64,000 nucleotides of DNA. Origin: an uncultured virus (IMG/VR IMGVR_UViG_3300025470_000020) (Duplodnaviria > Heunggongvirae > Uroviricota > Caudoviricetes). The notes under the pieces were generated by a model, which made no database searches, was not told the origin of the DNA, and saw only the letters and a list, made by a program, of their open reading frames with translations. The stretch lies in the IMG/VR virus record IMGVR_UViG_3300025470_000020; one strand, written 5' to 3'. Below are positions 33,747 through 44,135 of this stretch, in pieces. A program made the position numbers and the translations under genes. Within the stretch, counting starts at the first letter, position 1; the number at the start of each line of letters is the position of its first letter.

Positions 33747-35858
33747 CTATGCAATCATTTCAATAAATCTATTTAGCACTACACGGTTAGATAATCTATT
33801 ACCAGCATACTTACTAAACGCTGATACTAAACCTCTTGTTGTAGCATTTTCTTTAACCACAAATTCTACATCATCATCAGTATCCATACCTTCAGCTCGG
33901 AGTAAATAATACTCATCATATCCTGCTGATGTCGCTATAGCATACTTATTCTTACGGAAGTTTAATCTAATCTTATCATGGTCAGCAGCGGCTGAAAAGA
34001 AATCATATGAATTGCGATTAAACTCTCTACCATTAAGAATATAGAAACCTACGATATTAGAATTTGTTCTAGCTTTAAGCATCTTTATATATGTAGTTGT
34101 TAATTCACGACCATATCTATCAGGAGCATATTCTTGATTTTTGGTAACAGGATCAACAATCACCATTTTTTGACTTCTGAAATCATCACCGTTTGCAGGA
34201 TCGTATGCATCTGCTCTGAAACCGCCATGCTCATTCATTTCATTAACCACACGATTCAATGCATGGCCATCACCATCTGTTAAGAACACGGTATTCACAA
34301 TTTGAAGTTTATAATCTTTTTGAAATTGTGGCACTAACTTCATAGCAGCCATAATACATTCACTAAATGGTGTACCGCCTAATTCAAAGAATCTAGGTCT
34401 ATTAGAGAATCTACCAGCTGACATTTTAGCAAGAGCAGCACCAGCATAAGTAAATTCTGCTGATGACATTTTACTTGATAAGATATTCAATAGGTTCATT
34501 CTCTCACAAGCGATATCACCAACTTTAGGTGTAGGACGATAACCGCCATATGTTGTATTGGCATCATAATCATCATATTCTGATGTAAAGGTATATACTT
34601 CAAAAGGAATACTTACCTTACGGCAGAATAATGCTAGATTAATTACTTGTTTTACGGTACTTTCTAAATGATTAGCCATTGAACCAGACCAATCAAGGAA
34701 CATTACAAGACCGTGAGATTTACCATCAGGAACAATAGTTGCCTTTTTGAATATATCTTCACTAAACTTATATGAGAAAATTCTACTCATGTTAAGTTCG
34801 CCTGTTTTGGCAATAGATGCTCGTTTTAATTGTTCAGCATTCTTTTTAAGTTCAAATTCTTTAGCAAGATATGATACAACCTTAGCAGCATCTTTACGGA
34901 TCTTTTGATACTTGTCCATATTGATACCACGACTTTCATATTCCATTTTTTCTTGGTATTTACGATATCTATCCCATAATGCTTTATGACCAATAATACA
35001 TTTTGTTAAGTCATAATCAGGAATGTTACCGTAATAGTATGATGAACCATCAGAAGCAAATAGTTTCTTTTGATTCTTCATATAGTTTTCATCAGTATGT
35101 GATGAATATTCAGAACCTGCTGATGTACCTGCTTTATCATCTAAAGGTTTGCCTGATTGGTCAGGATCGTTTTGGTTCACTTCGTCATTACCTTCACCTT
35201 CTAAATCATAATTGGATGCGTCATCAGAATTACCATCTTCATCATTGTCTTCTTCGTATTCTTCGTTATCATCCATTTCCATTTTAAGTTTATCTTTGGC
35301 TTCTTTTTGCATCTTCATGTATTCCATGACTTCTTTAGCCACTTCGATAACATCATCATAAGATTCGGTTGATTCTACTTTTTTAAGTAATGATTGTTCA
35401 TCATCATTGAATTTGATACCAAGTGTTGGACCGCCTTTTGAAAACATATTGATACGGTCAATAAAATTCATTTCATTAACATCAACATCATTGATACCAA
35501 AGAAATCTTTTTTAATTAGGTCTTGATAACCTTTTACAAAAGAGCTACGAATACCAGGATATTTGTTTTTGATTTTTCTTTCGATACGAACATCTTCAAG
35601 GACATTCATAAGTGACATTGGTATTTCAAGTTCATTAGCTTTTAACATACCTTCGCTAGGTGTGTATAAAGCATGGCCTACTTCGTGACCCATGAAAAGG
35701 TCATATAGGTAACCTGATATATTCTTATCAAGCACAGGTACGGTTAAAACACGGTTCTTAACATCAAAAGATGCCGTATCAACATTGCGTTGCTCTACGA
35801 TAAGATTTTCTGTTGCCATTAACTTGGCAAGAAGTGATTTTGACTGCACTAGTTCCAT
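33747..35858 (-). CDS. HExxH peptidase plus vWA domain protein (CobT-like partner of CobS)
   Basis: HEVGH..., N..ED.RIE, acidic linker, MIDAS DWSGSM...GGTP...LTDG. Confidence 0.85.
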   Translation of the reverse strand: MELVQSKSLLAKLMATENLIVEQRNVDTASFDVKNRVLTVPVLDKNISGYLYDLFMGHEVGHALYTPSEGMLKANELEIPMSLMNVLEDVRIERKIKNKYPGIRSSFVKGYQDLIKKDFFGINDVDVNEMNFIDRINMFSKGGPTLGIKFNDDEQSLLKKVESTESYDDVIEVAKEVMEYMKMQKEAKDKLKMEMDDNEEYEEDNDEDGNSDDASNYDLEGEGNDEVNQNDPDQSGKPLDDKAGTSAGSEYSSHTDENYMKNQKKLFASDGSSYYYGNIPDYDLTKCIIGHKALWDRYRKYQEKMEYESRGINMDKYQKIRKDAAKVVSYLAKEFELKKNAEQLKRASIAKTGELNMSRIFSYKFSEDIFKKATIVPDGKSHGLVMFLDWSGSMANHLESTVKQVINLALFCRKVSIPFEVYTFTSEYDDYDANTTYGGYRPTPKVGDIACERMNLLNILSSKMSSAEFTYAGAALAKMSAGRFSNRPRFFELGGTPFSECIMAAMKLVPQFQKDYKLQIVNTVFLTDGDGHALNRVVNEMNEHGGFRADAYDPANGDDFRSQKMVIVDPVTKNQEYAPDRYGRELTTTYIKMLKARTNSNIVGFYILNGREFNRNSYDFFSAAADHDKIRLNFRKNKYAIATSAGYDEYYLLRAEGMDTDDDVEFVVKENATTRGLVSAFSKYAGNRLSNRVVLNRFIEMIA

Positions 35859-35885
35859 ATAAACCTTTCTAATTAATATGAGACC

Positions 35886-35914
35886 ATTATACTACAAGAA
35901 TACTTGCCAGTCAA
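35886..35914 (-). promoter_or_regulatory. sigma70-type promoter TTGACT-N17-TATAAT
   Basis: Upstream of the vWA gene; followed by GGTCTCA. Confidence 0.8.
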
Positions 35915-35950
35915 GCACTTTATTTGGCATTTGTTGTTTTTTTACAACAA

Positions 35951-36628
35951 CTATTGGTATACCTCAAGCTCATATGATTGCTCACGGTATTGTTTGAATG
36001 TCTTTTGGTATCTTTTAATAAGTGGTGATAATTCTTCATAATTGATACCAAATTCTTCAATTAAAAATTTCTTTGGTTCGGTAGATAGGTATGCTTGAAT
36101 TTCATCCATAATAACTTTGGTATTATAACCAAGTTTTATTAAATGCTTACGAATGATTTGGTATTGTTTCTTATGCTTACTCAATAGCCTATGTGTTAAA
36201 ATGTCCATATCAACCTTATATAAGGTTTCAGTATAATAATGAGCATGCGCCATTTCATGCCTATATGCAGTCTTATCCGTCTTTAATGAACCAATGACAT
36301 AAAACTTTTCATTCCAATTGACCTTCTCTTTGATTTTATCAATTAGTTCTTTTTCTTTAGGTGTCCATTCTTTTTGTGGATTTAATTTAATCCATTCTTT
36401 AAGAATATAATCCGGAAAGTTAAAGCCTGTCCAAAAATTGAAGTAATTTAAATTACCCATGTTATCCATAGATTCAATTAAGAAATCATATACCGAAAAC
36501 TTTTTGCCTACTAGGCCTTCTAATGGTGATTCATAATATTCTTGAATACGGAAAAAGGTTGTAGTAATCTCTTTGCGAGTATCAAATTCAAAATGAATAA
36601 TATTACTACTTGGTTTATAGGCTATCAT
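35951..36628 (-). CDS. hypothetical HExxH (zincin-like) protein
   Basis: FFRIQEYYESP...W.GFNFP...HEMAH...DEIQAY. Confidence 0.65.
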   Translation of the reverse strand: MIAYKPSSNIIHFEFDTRKEITTTFFRIQEYYESPLEGLVGKKFSVYDFLIESMDNMGNLNYFNFWTGFNFPDYILKEWIKLNPQKEWTPKEKELIDKIKEKVNWNEKFYVIGSLKTDKTAYRHEMAHAHYYTETLYKVDMDILTHRLLSKHKKQYQIIRKHLIKLGYNTKVIMDEIQAYLSTEPKKFLIEEFGINYEELSPLIKRYQKTFKQYREQSYELEVYQ

Positions 36629-36960
36629 CTTCGCATCCTTGAAATGTCTTCAGCGTCTTTTTGTTGAAATACAGGAACACTATTACTCTTGTGCATAGTA
36701 GCAACACCTAACATGGCATCACCTGTATATTGAACAGGGGCTTTCTTTGTAGCTACACCAACTTCCATATTTAAAGATGGATAGTGTGGTGTTTCTCTAC
36801 GAAATGGTGGGATTTTTTTGAGTTCACGAGTGGCAACAATCTGTTTTGGAGCATGAGATTTTAACCATGCTACATATTGTTCGTGTTTTTGTTTGTTTGG
36901 TTTCTTTGGTTTAGACTTGGGTGTTCTCATGTGTATAATCATAGTATAATCCTTCATCAT
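36625..36960 (-). CDS. conserved hypothetical protein of T4-like phages
   Basis: YTG..M.GVATMHKSN.VPVF....A.DISRMRR. Confidence 0.75.
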   Translation of the reverse strand: MMKDYTMIIHMRTPKSKPKKPNKQKHEQYVAWLKSHAPKQIVATRELKKIPPFRRETPHYPSLNMEVGVATKKAPVQYTGDAMLGVATMHKSNSVPVFQQKDAEDISRMRR

Positions 36961-36972
36961 TTTTATACTACC

Positions 36973-37001
36973 ATTATATCATAGATTTAGCTCTTTGTCA
37001 A
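36973..37001 (-). promoter_or_regulatory. sigma70-type promoter TTGACA-N17-TATAAT
   Basis: Perfect consensus. Confidence 0.8.
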
Positions 37002-37108
37002 GAGCTATTTGGTATTATTATCATCAAAACGGAGCATACCTACTTATACCTAAAAATAGAGATAAAATCAATAATCTTTTGGTATATTTGGATATTACTC
37101 CTTGGCTT

Positions 37109-37531
37109 TCATGGAAGAAGGTTAGGGAATGCCTCTTTTACAAAATCATAAGTCAAACCTCTTACACCTAAATCTTTTCTAAAGATGCCAATGATAACTT
37201 CTGCTTCACGAGGTTCAATAGATTCTAATAATTGTAATAATAATTGTTTTCTTTTTTCAGGTGTTAGATTAGCAGCACCAGGATCTCCTTTTCTAAAGAG
37301 ATACATTTTACGAATTTCCGTTGATAATTGATTGCGTGAAATACCAGGTAATGTATCAGGTACAATATAATCTTCTGGCATTGAATCGTAATACCATTGA
37401 TAATCTGGATGATATGCTAATTGGAAGACACCAACTAGAGTTTGTGATAGGTTCTTTTGTATGACAGCCATTCTTTCTTCTTTGGTGTTGGCTTCTTCAA
37501 ATTCATCAAGCACTTCATAGATATTTTTCAT
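37109..37531 (-). CDS. conserved hypothetical protein adjacent to rnh
   Basis: LLQLLESIEPREAE...GLT...VKEAFP.LLP. Confidence 0.75.
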   Translation of the reverse strand: MKNIYEVLDEFEEANTKEERMAVIQKNLSQTLVGVFQLAYHPDYQWYYDSMPEDYIVPDTLPGISRNQLSTEIRKMYLFRKGDPGAANLTPEKRKQLLLQLLESIEPREAEVIIGIFRKDLGVRGLTYDFVKEAFPNLLP

Positions 37532-38380
37532 TTAAAACTCCTCAATTACTTCCATTAGATTTTTTAGTTTATGTTCCATAAAATAATTTATCAATTTACT
37601 TTTAGGTGCTGGTTTAATTTCATCATATGTATTTATGATACGTTCTTGGACATCTTTAGGTATCATTGTTAAGTCAATCAATGTTCTATTTCTAGCATAG
37701 TTGGCTTTATCAGTTTCAGAATAATCTTCCACGTTTTCATTCAAATACTTCTCCATGACTTTTTGAGTGATAGGTTTTTGTCTTAAATCACGGACAAAAC
37801 AATCTGATGGAGAAAACATATTAGGAATACCATCACCCTTATCACCACGAATAACCTTTTCTTTTAAATCAAGTATGGGGTTATCTGATTTAACATATTT
37901 CTTTTGTGATGGATTATATTGTTTAACATTTGCACCATATTGTTGTAATTGCAAGAAGTCACCATCACTTGATAATATCAATATCTTTTGATGTGGTGCA
38001 AATCTAGGTACCAAGGTACCAATGATGTCATCTGCTTCAGCACCTTCAACATCAATCACTTTATATGGAAAGTTTGTTTTAAGTTCTTCTTTGAATTTAG
38101 ATAACATATCAAAGATTAAATGCCAATCTAAATCAGATTTCTCTCTGGTCTTCTTACGACCTGCCTTGTAGAATGGAAATACTTCTTTACGCCAATACTT
38201 TCTATTATCACAGCATAATATGACTTCACCATATTCACCTTTGAAGTTCTTAACATGAGTTCTGATGATGTTTAATACCATATGCCGAATTAGATTTTCT
38301 TCTAACTTGGTATTCTTTTGATTTGCTATTTGTGCCATAAGACCTGCTAACAGCACCTGATTTAAGTCCACGAGTATCAT
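37532..38380 (-). CDS. rnh: RNase H / 5'-3' exonuclease (T4 rnh)
   Basis: ILVDLNQ, YWRK..FP.YK..RKK.R, EADDIIG, SSDGDF.QL, GDKGDGIPN. Confidence 0.95.
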   Translation of the reverse strand: MILVDLNQVLLAGLMAQIANQKNTKLEENLIRHMVLNIIRTHVKNFKGEYGEVILCCDNRKYWRKEVFPFYKAGRKKTREKSDLDWHLIFDMLSKFKEELKTNFPYKVIDVEGAEADDIIGTLVPRFAPHQKILILSSDGDFLQLQQYGANVKQYNPSQKKYVKSDNPILDLKEKVIRGDKGDGIPNMFSPSDCFVRDLRQKPITQKVMEKYLNENVEDYSETDKANYARNRTLIDLTMIPKDVQERIINTYDEIKPAPKSKLINYFMEHKLKNLMEVIEEF

Positions 38381-38409
38381 AATATAATCCTATAAGATTC
38401 AATATAGCA

Positions 38410-38438
38410 AGGATACTATACTTTTATTACTTTGTCAA
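38410..38438 (-). promoter_or_regulatory. sigma70-type promoter TTGACA-N17-TATCCT
   Basis: Upstream of rnh. Confidence 0.55.
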
Positions 38439-38849
38439 CCTGATTTTAGCTTTACCGGTAAGTTTCTTTCTAAACTTCTTATCTTTTCTTAAAAATTTGC
38501 CATCTTCAATTATGCGGTTACAATCTTCAATAATCTTTTCCCACCATGTTATACACTTACGCATCTGTGTTTTGGTATAACAACTATACGCTTCTTTAAT
38601 TTGTTCGTCTTCTGATACCAATGCTTCGTTCCATGCTTTAATTTGTTCTTGAGCATGATATACAATAGCTTTAGCGTGCATAGGTTTAACGCCTATGTTG
38701 TATAGGAAAGAATAATTCTTTATATCAGCCCAATCTTTGATATAATTATCAAATAGACCTTCAACTTCACCCAATAGTTCGTGGGTCTTGTTGGCAGTCC
38801 TTTCTTGTATCGTTGGACCTGAATATTCTTCTTTAATTTCTTCTGTCAT
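38427..38849 (-). CDS. hypothetical protein
   Basis: TIQER...DEQIKEAYS motif. Confidence 0.7.
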   Translation of the reverse strand: MTEEIKEEYSGPTIQERTANKTHELLGEVEGLFDNYIKDWADIKNYSFLYNIGVKPMHAKAIVYHAQEQIKAWNEALVSEDEQIKEAYSCYTKTQMRKCITWWEKIIEDCNRIIEDGKFLRKDKKFRKKLTGKAKIRLTK

Positions 38850-39217
38850 TCTGGTAACTCTGTTTTTTTAAGTGCTGCATACGCTTCATCAACAAATTCG
38901 TGTGATGTAGTTGATTTCTTTGCTACTACACCATACCAACCACCTGATAATAATTTTGAAACATAATAGTATGGGTCTAATAGTATGCCTTCAAATAAAT
39001 CTAAATCTTTAGTGAGGCCTTCTTTATCCTCTCTATACAATATAATTTGATACATTTGACCTAATTCATAGGTTTCATACACACCTGGATTATTATACAT
39101 GAATCCTTCAAAATGAATAGTTGAGCTACCATCCTTTTCTTTAGGTGATGCTACAAAATAAAAGGCATCATGGTCGCCTTTTTTAAATTCTCTCAATGTT
39201 TCTGGTATATCGCTCAA
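38846..39217 (-). CDS. hypothetical protein
   Basis: ORF track. Confidence 0.7.
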   Translation of the reverse strand: MSDIPETLREFKKGDHDAFYFVASPKEKDGSSTIHFEGFMYNNPGVYETYELGQMYQIILYREDKEGLTKDLDLFEGILLDPYYYVSKLLSGGWYGVVAKKSTTSHEFVDEAYAALKKTELPE

Positions 39218-39623
39218 TGTAATCCTTTATATGTGATTTTCTAACTCGACACATTATCCATGTATTATAGTAATCATCACTTAATATTACATCACGAATA
39301 AATTGTTCTTTAGTTTCCAGATAACTACATTCACCTTTTGATTTACATAGGTGAATAATCTCTCTACTAAAATTTTCAAGACCTAATTGTAACACATCTT
39401 GCTTCAATATGTCACTACTTCCATAGTAAGTTTGCCAATCGGAAAAAGCTTTATACTTTTTCTTTTTGCCTTTTACTTGTTTTGTTTTAGCAGAATAGAA
39501 GAATTTTTTACCAATGTATTTCTTATTGTTTGTTATATTTGTTATAAGATATACAAATCCGTAATTATCTTCTATCTGCTCTTCTGTAAAGTCTTTACCT
39601 TTATATTGCCAATTTAGTCCCAT
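39183..39623 (-). CDS. GIY-YIG endonuclease (EndoII/DenA-like)
   Basis: GFVYLITN...KKYIGKK...SDW..YYGS...FSREI...YYN.WI. Confidence 0.85.
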   Translation of the reverse strand: MGLNWQYKGKDFTEEQIEDNYGFVYLITNITNNKKYIGKKFFYSAKTKQVKGKKKKYKAFSDWQTYYGSSDILKQDVLQLGLENFSREIIHLCKSKGECSYLETKEQFIRDVILSDDYYNTWIMCRVRKSHIKDYIERYTRNIERI

Positions 39624-39802
39624 TGTCCGTCATCATCTTCTGTAGTTTCTTCATCTATATATTCTTCTTGAATATCTTCGATTACTTCACCACAGAATGG
39701 ACAATATTCTGGTAGTTCTTTTGATACTAATTCATTTACGAATTGAATGCCGTAAGATGAATCACAGTTAAGGCATTCGCCTACTAAAGTTTTGTTTGTC
39801 AT
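39614..39802 (-). CDS. zinc-ribbon protein
   Basis: CxxC...CPFCG plus an acidic tail. Confidence 0.75.
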   Translation of the reverse strand: MTNKTLVGECLNCDSSYGIQFVNELVSKELPEYCPFCGEVIEDIQEEYIDEETTEDDDGQWD

Positions 39803-39811
39803 TTGAGTTCC

Positions 39812-40795
39812 TTAATGAGCCCAAACATCACTCCAATCACCAGACAATGCGCCTTTTGCGTAATCTGTTGCTCTGTTCTCAAAGAAGTTGGTGTGCGTTG
39901 GTGCGTTAATCATCTCCTCTACCCATGGTAAAGGATTCCTTTTCACTTTAAACACACCTTTTAAACCTAATGAGATTAATCGGCGGTCTGCTATATAACG
40001 AATATACTTCTTAACATCTTCTGATGTTAATTCTTCCATTTGACCCATATCAAATGCTAGGTCAATAAACTTATCTTCAAGTTCAACCATTCTTTCAGCA
40101 ATGGTGTAAATTCTGCTCTTTAAATCGTCTGTCCATATTTCACGATTTTCTTCTATATATGTTCTGAATAATTTAATCATGGATTCACAATGTTGTGTTT
40201 CATCTACAATAGACCATGTAACAATTTGGCCCATGCCTTTCATTTTACCATGACGTGGAAAGTTCAATAGCATAATGAATGATGAAAACAATTGCATACC
40301 TTCTGTAAATGCTGAAAACACAGCAATATGTGTTGCGGTATTTTCTTTTGTGGTATTCTGTGCTGATATATCTAAAACATAATCATGTTTCTCTTTCATT
40401 TCAGCATATTCTAAAAATTCATTGTATGTTGTTTCAGGTAAACCTAAAGTTTCAATCAGATGTGAGTAAGCTGCAACATGAAGTGCTTCACGAGCTGCAA
40501 AGCCCATCAACATCATTCTAACTTCTGGTTGTGGAAAGTATGGCAAATAATTCTTAACATAGCCACCTGCAACATCAATGTCACCTTGTGTAAAGAATCT
40601 AAAAATATGTGTTAAGAATTGTTTTTCTTCGTTTGTTAATTTCTTTTTCCAGTCTTTCACGTCTTCCATCATTGGTACTTCTGTATGTAACCAATGTGAT
40701 TGTTCGTGCTTTAACCATGCGTCATAAGCCCATGGATAATTGAAAGGCTTAAAATATGTTCTATTTGATGCTAAATCTTTTACTTTGCTATCCAT
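39812..40795 (-). CDS. nrdB: ribonucleotide reductase class Ia beta subunit
   Basis: FFTQGDIDV, REALH..AYS, EGMQLFSSF, DETQH, NFFE.R.TDY. Confidence 0.97.
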   Translation of the reverse strand: MDSKVKDLASNRTYFKPFNYPWAYDAWLKHEQSHWLHTEVPMMEDVKDWKKKLTNEEKQFLTHIFRFFTQGDIDVAGGYVKNYLPYFPQPEVRMMLMGFAAREALHVAAYSHLIETLGLPETTYNEFLEYAEMKEKHDYVLDISAQNTTKENTATHIAVFSAFTEGMQLFSSFIMLLNFPRHGKMKGMGQIVTWSIVDETQHCESMIKLFRTYIEENREIWTDDLKSRIYTIAERMVELEDKFIDLAFDMGQMEELTSEDVKKYIRYIADRRLISLGLKGVFKVKRNPLPWVEEMINAPTHTNFFENRATDYAKGALSGDWSDVWAH

Positions 40796-41547
40796 TAAAT
40801 TTCCTTTTGCCAAAAAACTATTTCCCATTTACCATCTAAATGTTCAACAAGTGCTGAACAGCTCTCGACCCAATCACCATCGTTCATGTATACCATATCA
40901 TTAACTCTTTTAATTTCTGGTTTATGAATATGACCACAAATAACGCCATCAAATCCTCTTTTCTTGCAATACTGTGCTAAGTTATCTTCAAAATGAAACA
41001 TAAAGTCCATTGATTTCTTAACTTTATGTTTTAAATACTGACTCAAAGACCAATAACCAAATCCTAATTTATGTCTAAACCAATTGAATTTATTATTAAG
41101 GTCTAATACAAAATCATAGGCTTTATCACCAAGAAAACAAATCCAAGGTGCTAGTCTTGTAATACCATCAAACATATCACCATGTATAACCAAATAGTGT
41201 TTACCGTCAATACCAATGTGTTCTGCTTGATTTACTATATCAATTACACCAAAGTTTAGACCGTATGGAATCATTGGTCGTAAAAACTCATCATGATTTC
41301 CTGTTATGTATGTAACCTTTGTTCCTCTTTTAGCATGACCTAATATTCTACGAACAACATTAGAATGGCTTTGTTTCCATCTCCATTTATTCTGTTGTAT
41401 CTTCCATGCATCAATAATATCACCTATAAGATATAGGTTATCGCATGTGTGGTGTTTTAGGAAGTTATTAACATATTCGGCTTTACAATCTTTTGTACCT
41501 AAATGTATATCAGAAATGAATATGCTTTTGTAATGTTTTTTTTTCAT
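40795..41547 (-). CDS. LpxH/LpxH2-like metallophosphoesterase (UDP-2,3-diacylglucosamine diphosphatase family)
   Basis: ISDIHLG, GDIID.W, GNHD, HGD.FD, CGHIH, Y.NDGDWVES..ALVE..DG. Confidence 0.8.
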   Translation of the reverse strand: MKKKHYKSIFISDIHLGTKDCKAEYVNNFLKHHTCDNLYLIGDIIDAWKIQQNKWRWKQSHSNVVRRILGHAKRGTKVTYITGNHDEFLRPMIPYGLNFGVIDIVNQAEHIGIDGKHYLVIHGDMFDGITRLAPWICFLGDKAYDFVLDLNNKFNWFRHKLGFGYWSLSQYLKHKVKKSMDFMFHFEDNLAQYCKKRGFDGVICGHIHKPEIKRVNDMVYMNDGDWVESCSALVEHLDGKWEIVFWQKEI

Positions 41548-41789
41548 TTAAAAAACCAAATATATGTTGCTATTATGTTTACTATAAAGAAATAAGAATT
41601 CTGTAATAATAAAGGAAGATTCTTGTGTGTTCTTGCAAAGTCATACACTAATATTCCATGAGCAATAACAAAACCAGGAAAAGACCATTTCAACCATGGC
41701 ATTTTTAATGCTACTGATGTTCCTGCTATGATGAATATTGTTAATGCTATCCATTTAATATCAAATTTTTTCATTACCAGTGCCACCAT
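41544..41789 (-). CDS. small membrane protein (3 TM)
   Basis: Hydrophobic throughout. Confidence 0.65.
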   Translation of the reverse strand: MVALVMKKFDIKWIALTIFIIAGTSVALKMPWLKWSFPGFVIAHGILVYDFARTHKNLPLLLQNSYFFIVNIIATYIWFFK

Positions 41790-41862
41790 ATATTCACAAT
41801 AATATGAATACAGGTTATCATCTCAACTGCTCTCATAATCCACCATACATATTTGTTATTCA

Positions 41863-43653
41863 TTAACCTTCACAAGCTATACAATCATTTCCTTGAGCGA
41901 TTTGCGTCATATCAATTTCTTTAATAACTTGTCTTTCAATTCGTTTAGATACTTTATCTGCTTTACCAATCTTTTCTGAACGGCAATAGTATAAAGTCTT
42001 TAATCCTTTTTTCCATGCCATGAAATGTATAGCATGAACATATTTAATGTTAGCATCAGGTCTAAAGAATAAGTTTAGTGATTGAGCTTGGTCAATATAT
42101 TGTTGTCTATCAGCAGCTAATTCAATAACCCAGCGTTGGTCAATTTCCATTGCTGTCTTGAATACTGCTTTATCATTCTCCGACATCCATTCTAAATGTT
42201 GGACTGAACCATCATTAGCAATAATAGATGACCATGTGTCATCATACCAATTTTCTGGTTTATCTTTTGATACTCTGATGAGTAATTCATCTAACCAACG
42301 GTTCTTATTTAAGAATGAACCGCTTAAAGTATCTTGTCTATATGCATTAGCACGATAAGGCTCAATACTAGGGCTAGTGTTACCCATAATGATTGAACTA
42401 CTAGCGTTAGGAGCAATAGCCATAAGATGACTAAAGCGGTTACCCGTACCTTCGGCGTCAGGTGCTTCTCCACGTTCTTTACCCAATTTTTTATTTGCAT
42501 TATCTAATCCTTCTCTGATATGTTTGAAGATCCTATTGTTAGCAACTTTCGCCATAACGCCCTCAAAAGCAATACCATTGCGCTGTAAATAAGCATGCCA
42601 TCCAAGAGCACCAATACCAATACTTCTCTCTCGCTGAGCGGAGTATCTAGCACGACTAATAGTGTCAGGAGCGTTATCAATAAAATATGTAAGAACATTA
42701 TCCAACATTTCAGCAACGTCATGCAAGAAATTGGCATCTTTATTCCACTCATCATAGGTCTCCAAATTAAGTGATGATAAACAACATACAGCTGTTCGTT
42801 GTTCATTTGTTGGTAATATGATTTCAGAGCAAAGATTTGATTGGTGGACTTTTAATCCTTTATCTTTTAACCATTGAGGTAAATGTTCATTACTGGTGTC
42901 AATATAGTGAATGTATGGTTCACCTGTGTGCATCCGTAATTCAATAATCATTTGCCACAGCATCTTTGCTGAAACTACTTCTCTGACTTCACCTGAATGT
43001 GGATCTTTTAATTCCCAAGAATCATCTACATTAGGGTCTAACATTGACTTTTCAACAAGAGTCATGAAGTCATTGGTAATATTTATTCCATGGTGAAGAT
43101 TCAAACATCTTACGTTTGGATCACCTGTAGGTTTTCTCATCTCCAAGAACGGAATGATATCAGGATGAGATATGTTTAGATAGGCAGCATAAGAACCTCT
43201 TCGTGTTCTTCCTTGACGATAGGCTAGTGAGGACGCATCATAGATTTTAAGATGAGGCATAACACCAGTTGATTTATCATCAGCAGAGCGAATACCAAAA
43301 CCGATACCAACACCGCCACCATACATTGATAACCAATTTGTTTCAGATAGATTATCTACTAGACCTTGTGATGTATCTTCAATATAATTTAAGAAACATG
43401 AAATTGGCATTCCTTTTTTAGAACGACCAAAAGATAAAATAGGAGTAGCATATGATAACCAATGCTTTGAAGCATAATCATATAATCTTTGTGCGTGTTC
43501 TGGATTTGATGCAAATGATTTAGATACAAATGCGAATCTGTGTTGTGGAGATTCTTCATCTTCTCTCATGTATGATTCTTTTAATCTTTTTATTCCCAAC
43601 TCATCAAATAATTTATCTCGTTGTAAATCAATTTCAATTCCTAGATAGTTCAT
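41863..43653 (-). CDS. nrdA: ribonucleotide reductase class Ia alpha subunit
   Basis: ATPIL, PISCFL, SNLCSEI, CCLSSLN, AIAPNASS, QAQSLN, KTLYY, C-terminal CIACEG. Confidence 0.97.
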   Translation of the reverse strand: MNYLGIEIDLQRDKLFDELGIKRLKESYMREDEESPQHRFAFVSKSFASNPEHAQRLYDYASKHWLSYATPILSFGRSKKGMPISCFLNYIEDTSQGLVDNLSETNWLSMYGGGVGIGFGIRSADDKSTGVMPHLKIYDASSLAYRQGRTRRGSYAAYLNISHPDIIPFLEMRKPTGDPNVRCLNLHHGINITNDFMTLVEKSMLDPNVDDSWELKDPHSGEVREVVSAKMLWQMIIELRMHTGEPYIHYIDTSNEHLPQWLKDKGLKVHQSNLCSEIILPTNEQRTAVCCLSSLNLETYDEWNKDANFLHDVAEMLDNVLTYFIDNAPDTISRARYSAQRERSIGIGALGWHAYLQRNGIAFEGVMAKVANNRIFKHIREGLDNANKKLGKERGEAPDAEGTGNRFSHLMAIAPNASSSIIMGNTSPSIEPYRANAYRQDTLSGSFLNKNRWLDELLIRVSKDKPENWYDDTWSSIIANDGSVQHLEWMSENDKAVFKTAMEIDQRWVIELAADRQQYIDQAQSLNLFFRPDANIKYVHAIHFMAWKKGLKTLYYCRSEKIGKADKVSKRIERQVIKEIDMTQIAQGNDCIACEG

Positions 43654-44135
43654 GTATTCGCCTTTTCTCCGTATTTCCAAATTTCGTTTTTGTATTCTTC
43701 TGACCAGTAATCGTAATATTTTGTTTTCTTTAAACTCTCACGAGCACTTAATAATTTATCTCTTGATTGGGCAAGTATTATTGGATAATGACCATTACCT
43801 GTGTTTACTCCATTAATAAAACCAGGATCTGCTGGATGGTCTTTTAAAAAGATTAAGTCATCTCTTTTTGCCTGTAGCTTACTTATTAAATCTAATAGCT
43901 CATCATTCGTGAATTTATTAATCGTATTAACAAAAATAATTAGCTCAAAATCATAAATAGAATTAAAAGTTTTTATGTATGAGAGTATATATGATTCCGG
44001 TTCTTCATTAAACTCGGTTACAAAAACTTTTTTATCTTGAAATGCTTTTTTAGCAAATGGACATATTTGAAATCCACCAAGTTCATCTCTTTTCTCGGAG
44101 ATTCTTTTTATCCAATTAGCTAGTTCTTTTTCCAA
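43650..44135 (-). CDS. hypothetical protein (DUF1415-like)
   Basis: ICPFAK...DHP...L..ARE.L....YYDYW. Confidence 0.6.
   Translation of the reverse strand: MEKELANWIKRISEKRDELGGFQICPFAKKAFQDKKVFVTEFNEEPESYILSYIKTFNSIYDFELIIFVNTINKFTNDELLDLISKLQAKRDDLIFLKDHPADPGFINGVNTGNGHYPIILAQSRDKLLSARESLKKTKYYDYWSEEYKNEIWKYGEKANT

Noticed and set aside
39183..39623. GIY-YIG gene as a mobile homing endonuclease
   Set aside because: It is a short single-domain protein with no DNA-binding tail, positioned after nrdB like EndoII/DenA.
39812..43653. Introns or inteins in nrdA/nrdB
   Set aside because: Both frames are continuous and of normal length; the genes between them are independent ORFs.
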